From Eledone cirrhosa (Eukaryota): a stretch of 64,000 bases of DNA. This document shows, one piece after another, positions 63,501 to 64,000 of the stretch. The position numbers and the translations under genes were made by a program. The stretch is taken from NCBI GenBank assembly GCA_964016885.1, contig OZ024756.1:43276001-43340000 (forward strand), given 5' to 3'. How positions within the stretch are numbered: the stretch's first letter is position 1; each line of letters begins with the position of its first letter. Below the pieces are notes generated by a model that was not told where the DNA came from, did no database searches, and saw nothing but the letters and a program-made list of their open reading frames with translations.

Positions 63501-64000
63501 CAGACATTGGACAGACACACAAGAGACAGACATTGGACACCCACTAGAGACAGACATTGGAGACACACACTAGAGATAGTCATTGGACACACACTAGAGA
63601 TAGTCATTGGACACACACTAGAGATAGATATTGTATACATTAGAGACAGACATTGGACACACACTAGAGACAAACATTGGACACACTAGAGACAGTCATT
63701 GGACACACACTAGAGACAGACATTGGACACACACTAGAGACAGACATTGGAAACACACTAGAGACAGACATTGGACACACACTAGAGACAGACATTGGAC
63801 ACACACTAGAGACAGACATTGGAGACACACACTAGATACGGACATTGGACACACACTAGAGACAGACATTGGACACACACTAGAGACAGACATTGGACAC
63901 ACACTAGAGACAGACGTTGGACACACACTAGAGACAGACATTGGAGACACACACTAGATACAGACATTGGACACACACTAGAGACAGACATTGGACACAC

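Larger units (their letters stand above)
1..64000. repeat. Tandem satellite/minisatellite array, 24-bp monomer CTAGAGACAGACATTGGACACACA (~2,600 copies, estimated from length), continuing beyond both window edges
   Basis: Every line is built from this monomer or close variants (22-26 bp, mostly +/-2 bp AC/AG/GA indels and single substitutions). All copies are head-to-tail in one orientation, with no intervening unique sequence. The consensus has 10 A, 6 C, 5 G, 3 T and no CpG. The ORF track consists only of the octapeptide repeats TLETDIGH / HWTHTRDR (+) and CPMSVSSV / CVQCLSLV (-), as expected for a 24-bp period. Confidence 0.99.

Noticed and set aside
289-64000. Several hundred predicted ORFs of 60-280 aa (His/Thr/Arg-rich or Cys/Ser/Val-rich repeat proteins)
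   Set aside because: They overlap in four frames on both strands, contain only translations of the 24-bp monomer, have no unique N- or C-terminal domains, and are broken every few units by 2-bp indels. The + strand starts are merely the monomer's TTG.
1-64000. CRISPR array (24-bp direct repeat)
   Set aside because: Repeats are directly adjacent with no unique spacers, leader or cas genes.
1-64000. Telomerase-synthesised long telomeric repeat (as in some budding yeasts with 20-26 bp units)
   Set aside because: There is no G-rich strand with GGG runs, the array is >64 kb with no terminus, and variants are inherited in kb-scale duplicated blocks. That points to recombinational amplification rather than templated addition. 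A subtelomeric location cannot be excluded.
1-64000. Giant repeat-protein exon (mucin/adhesin/antifreeze-like) or frameshift-based phase-variation locus
   Set aside because: No frame stays open beyond ~850 bp, frame-breaking units are abundant and amplified, and there is no non-repetitive coding flank or splice context in the window.
1-64000. RIP- or methylation-type CpA->TpA mutational signature
   Set aside because: Five of the six consensus C residues are followed by A, so C->T changes are CpA->TpA by default. The very common GAGAC->GATAC variant is a transversion, and variant counts are inflated by duplication. It is not supportable without de-duplicated counts.
1-64000. Variant monomers as an information-bearing code or diversity-generating cassette library
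   Set aside because: The order of variants is explained by nested duplications and slippage. No recombinase, reverse transcriptase, template/variable pair or expression site is present.
1-64000. Hairpins, inverted repeats, terminators, G-quadruplexes or Z-DNA tracts
   Set aside because: The array is unidirectional with only 4-8 bp palindromes (CTAG, TGTACA, TGTATACA), has no recurring G-runs, and its (AC)n tracts are only 4-6 units long.
1-64000. Purely artefactual concatemer (rolling-circle/PCR/adapter product)
   Set aside because: Specific variants recur in ordered, hierarchically diverged blocks, which random sequencing error or a single circular template would not produce. Individual near-identical duplications still need read validation.

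Overview
The whole 64 kb window is one uninterrupted head-to-tail tandem array (satellite/minisatellite DNA) of a 24-bp monomer, consensus CTAGAGACAGACATTGGACACACA. It holds roughly 2,600 copies, all in one orientation, and runs off both ends of the window. I see no unique sequence, no spacers, and no credible protein-coding gene, RNA gene or mobile element. The hundreds of predicted ORFs are by-products of a monomer whose length is a multiple of 3 and which has one stop codon (TAG, in the CTAG palindrome) per strand. The informative structure is in the variant monomers. They show small cassettes of linked variants, tandem block duplications (603, 925, 1508, 1564, 1731, 5199 and 6240 bp offsets, plus an older ~5.7 kb one), regional variant domains, and a ~2 kb marker rhythm that builds an incipient ~6.2-6.9 kb higher-order repeat in the right half. 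This architecture is typical of eukaryotic satellite DNA, but the organism and chromosomal location cannot be determined from this window. I cannot support a novel gene-encoded system here. Block boundaries were read by eye and are approximate (one to a few monomers).
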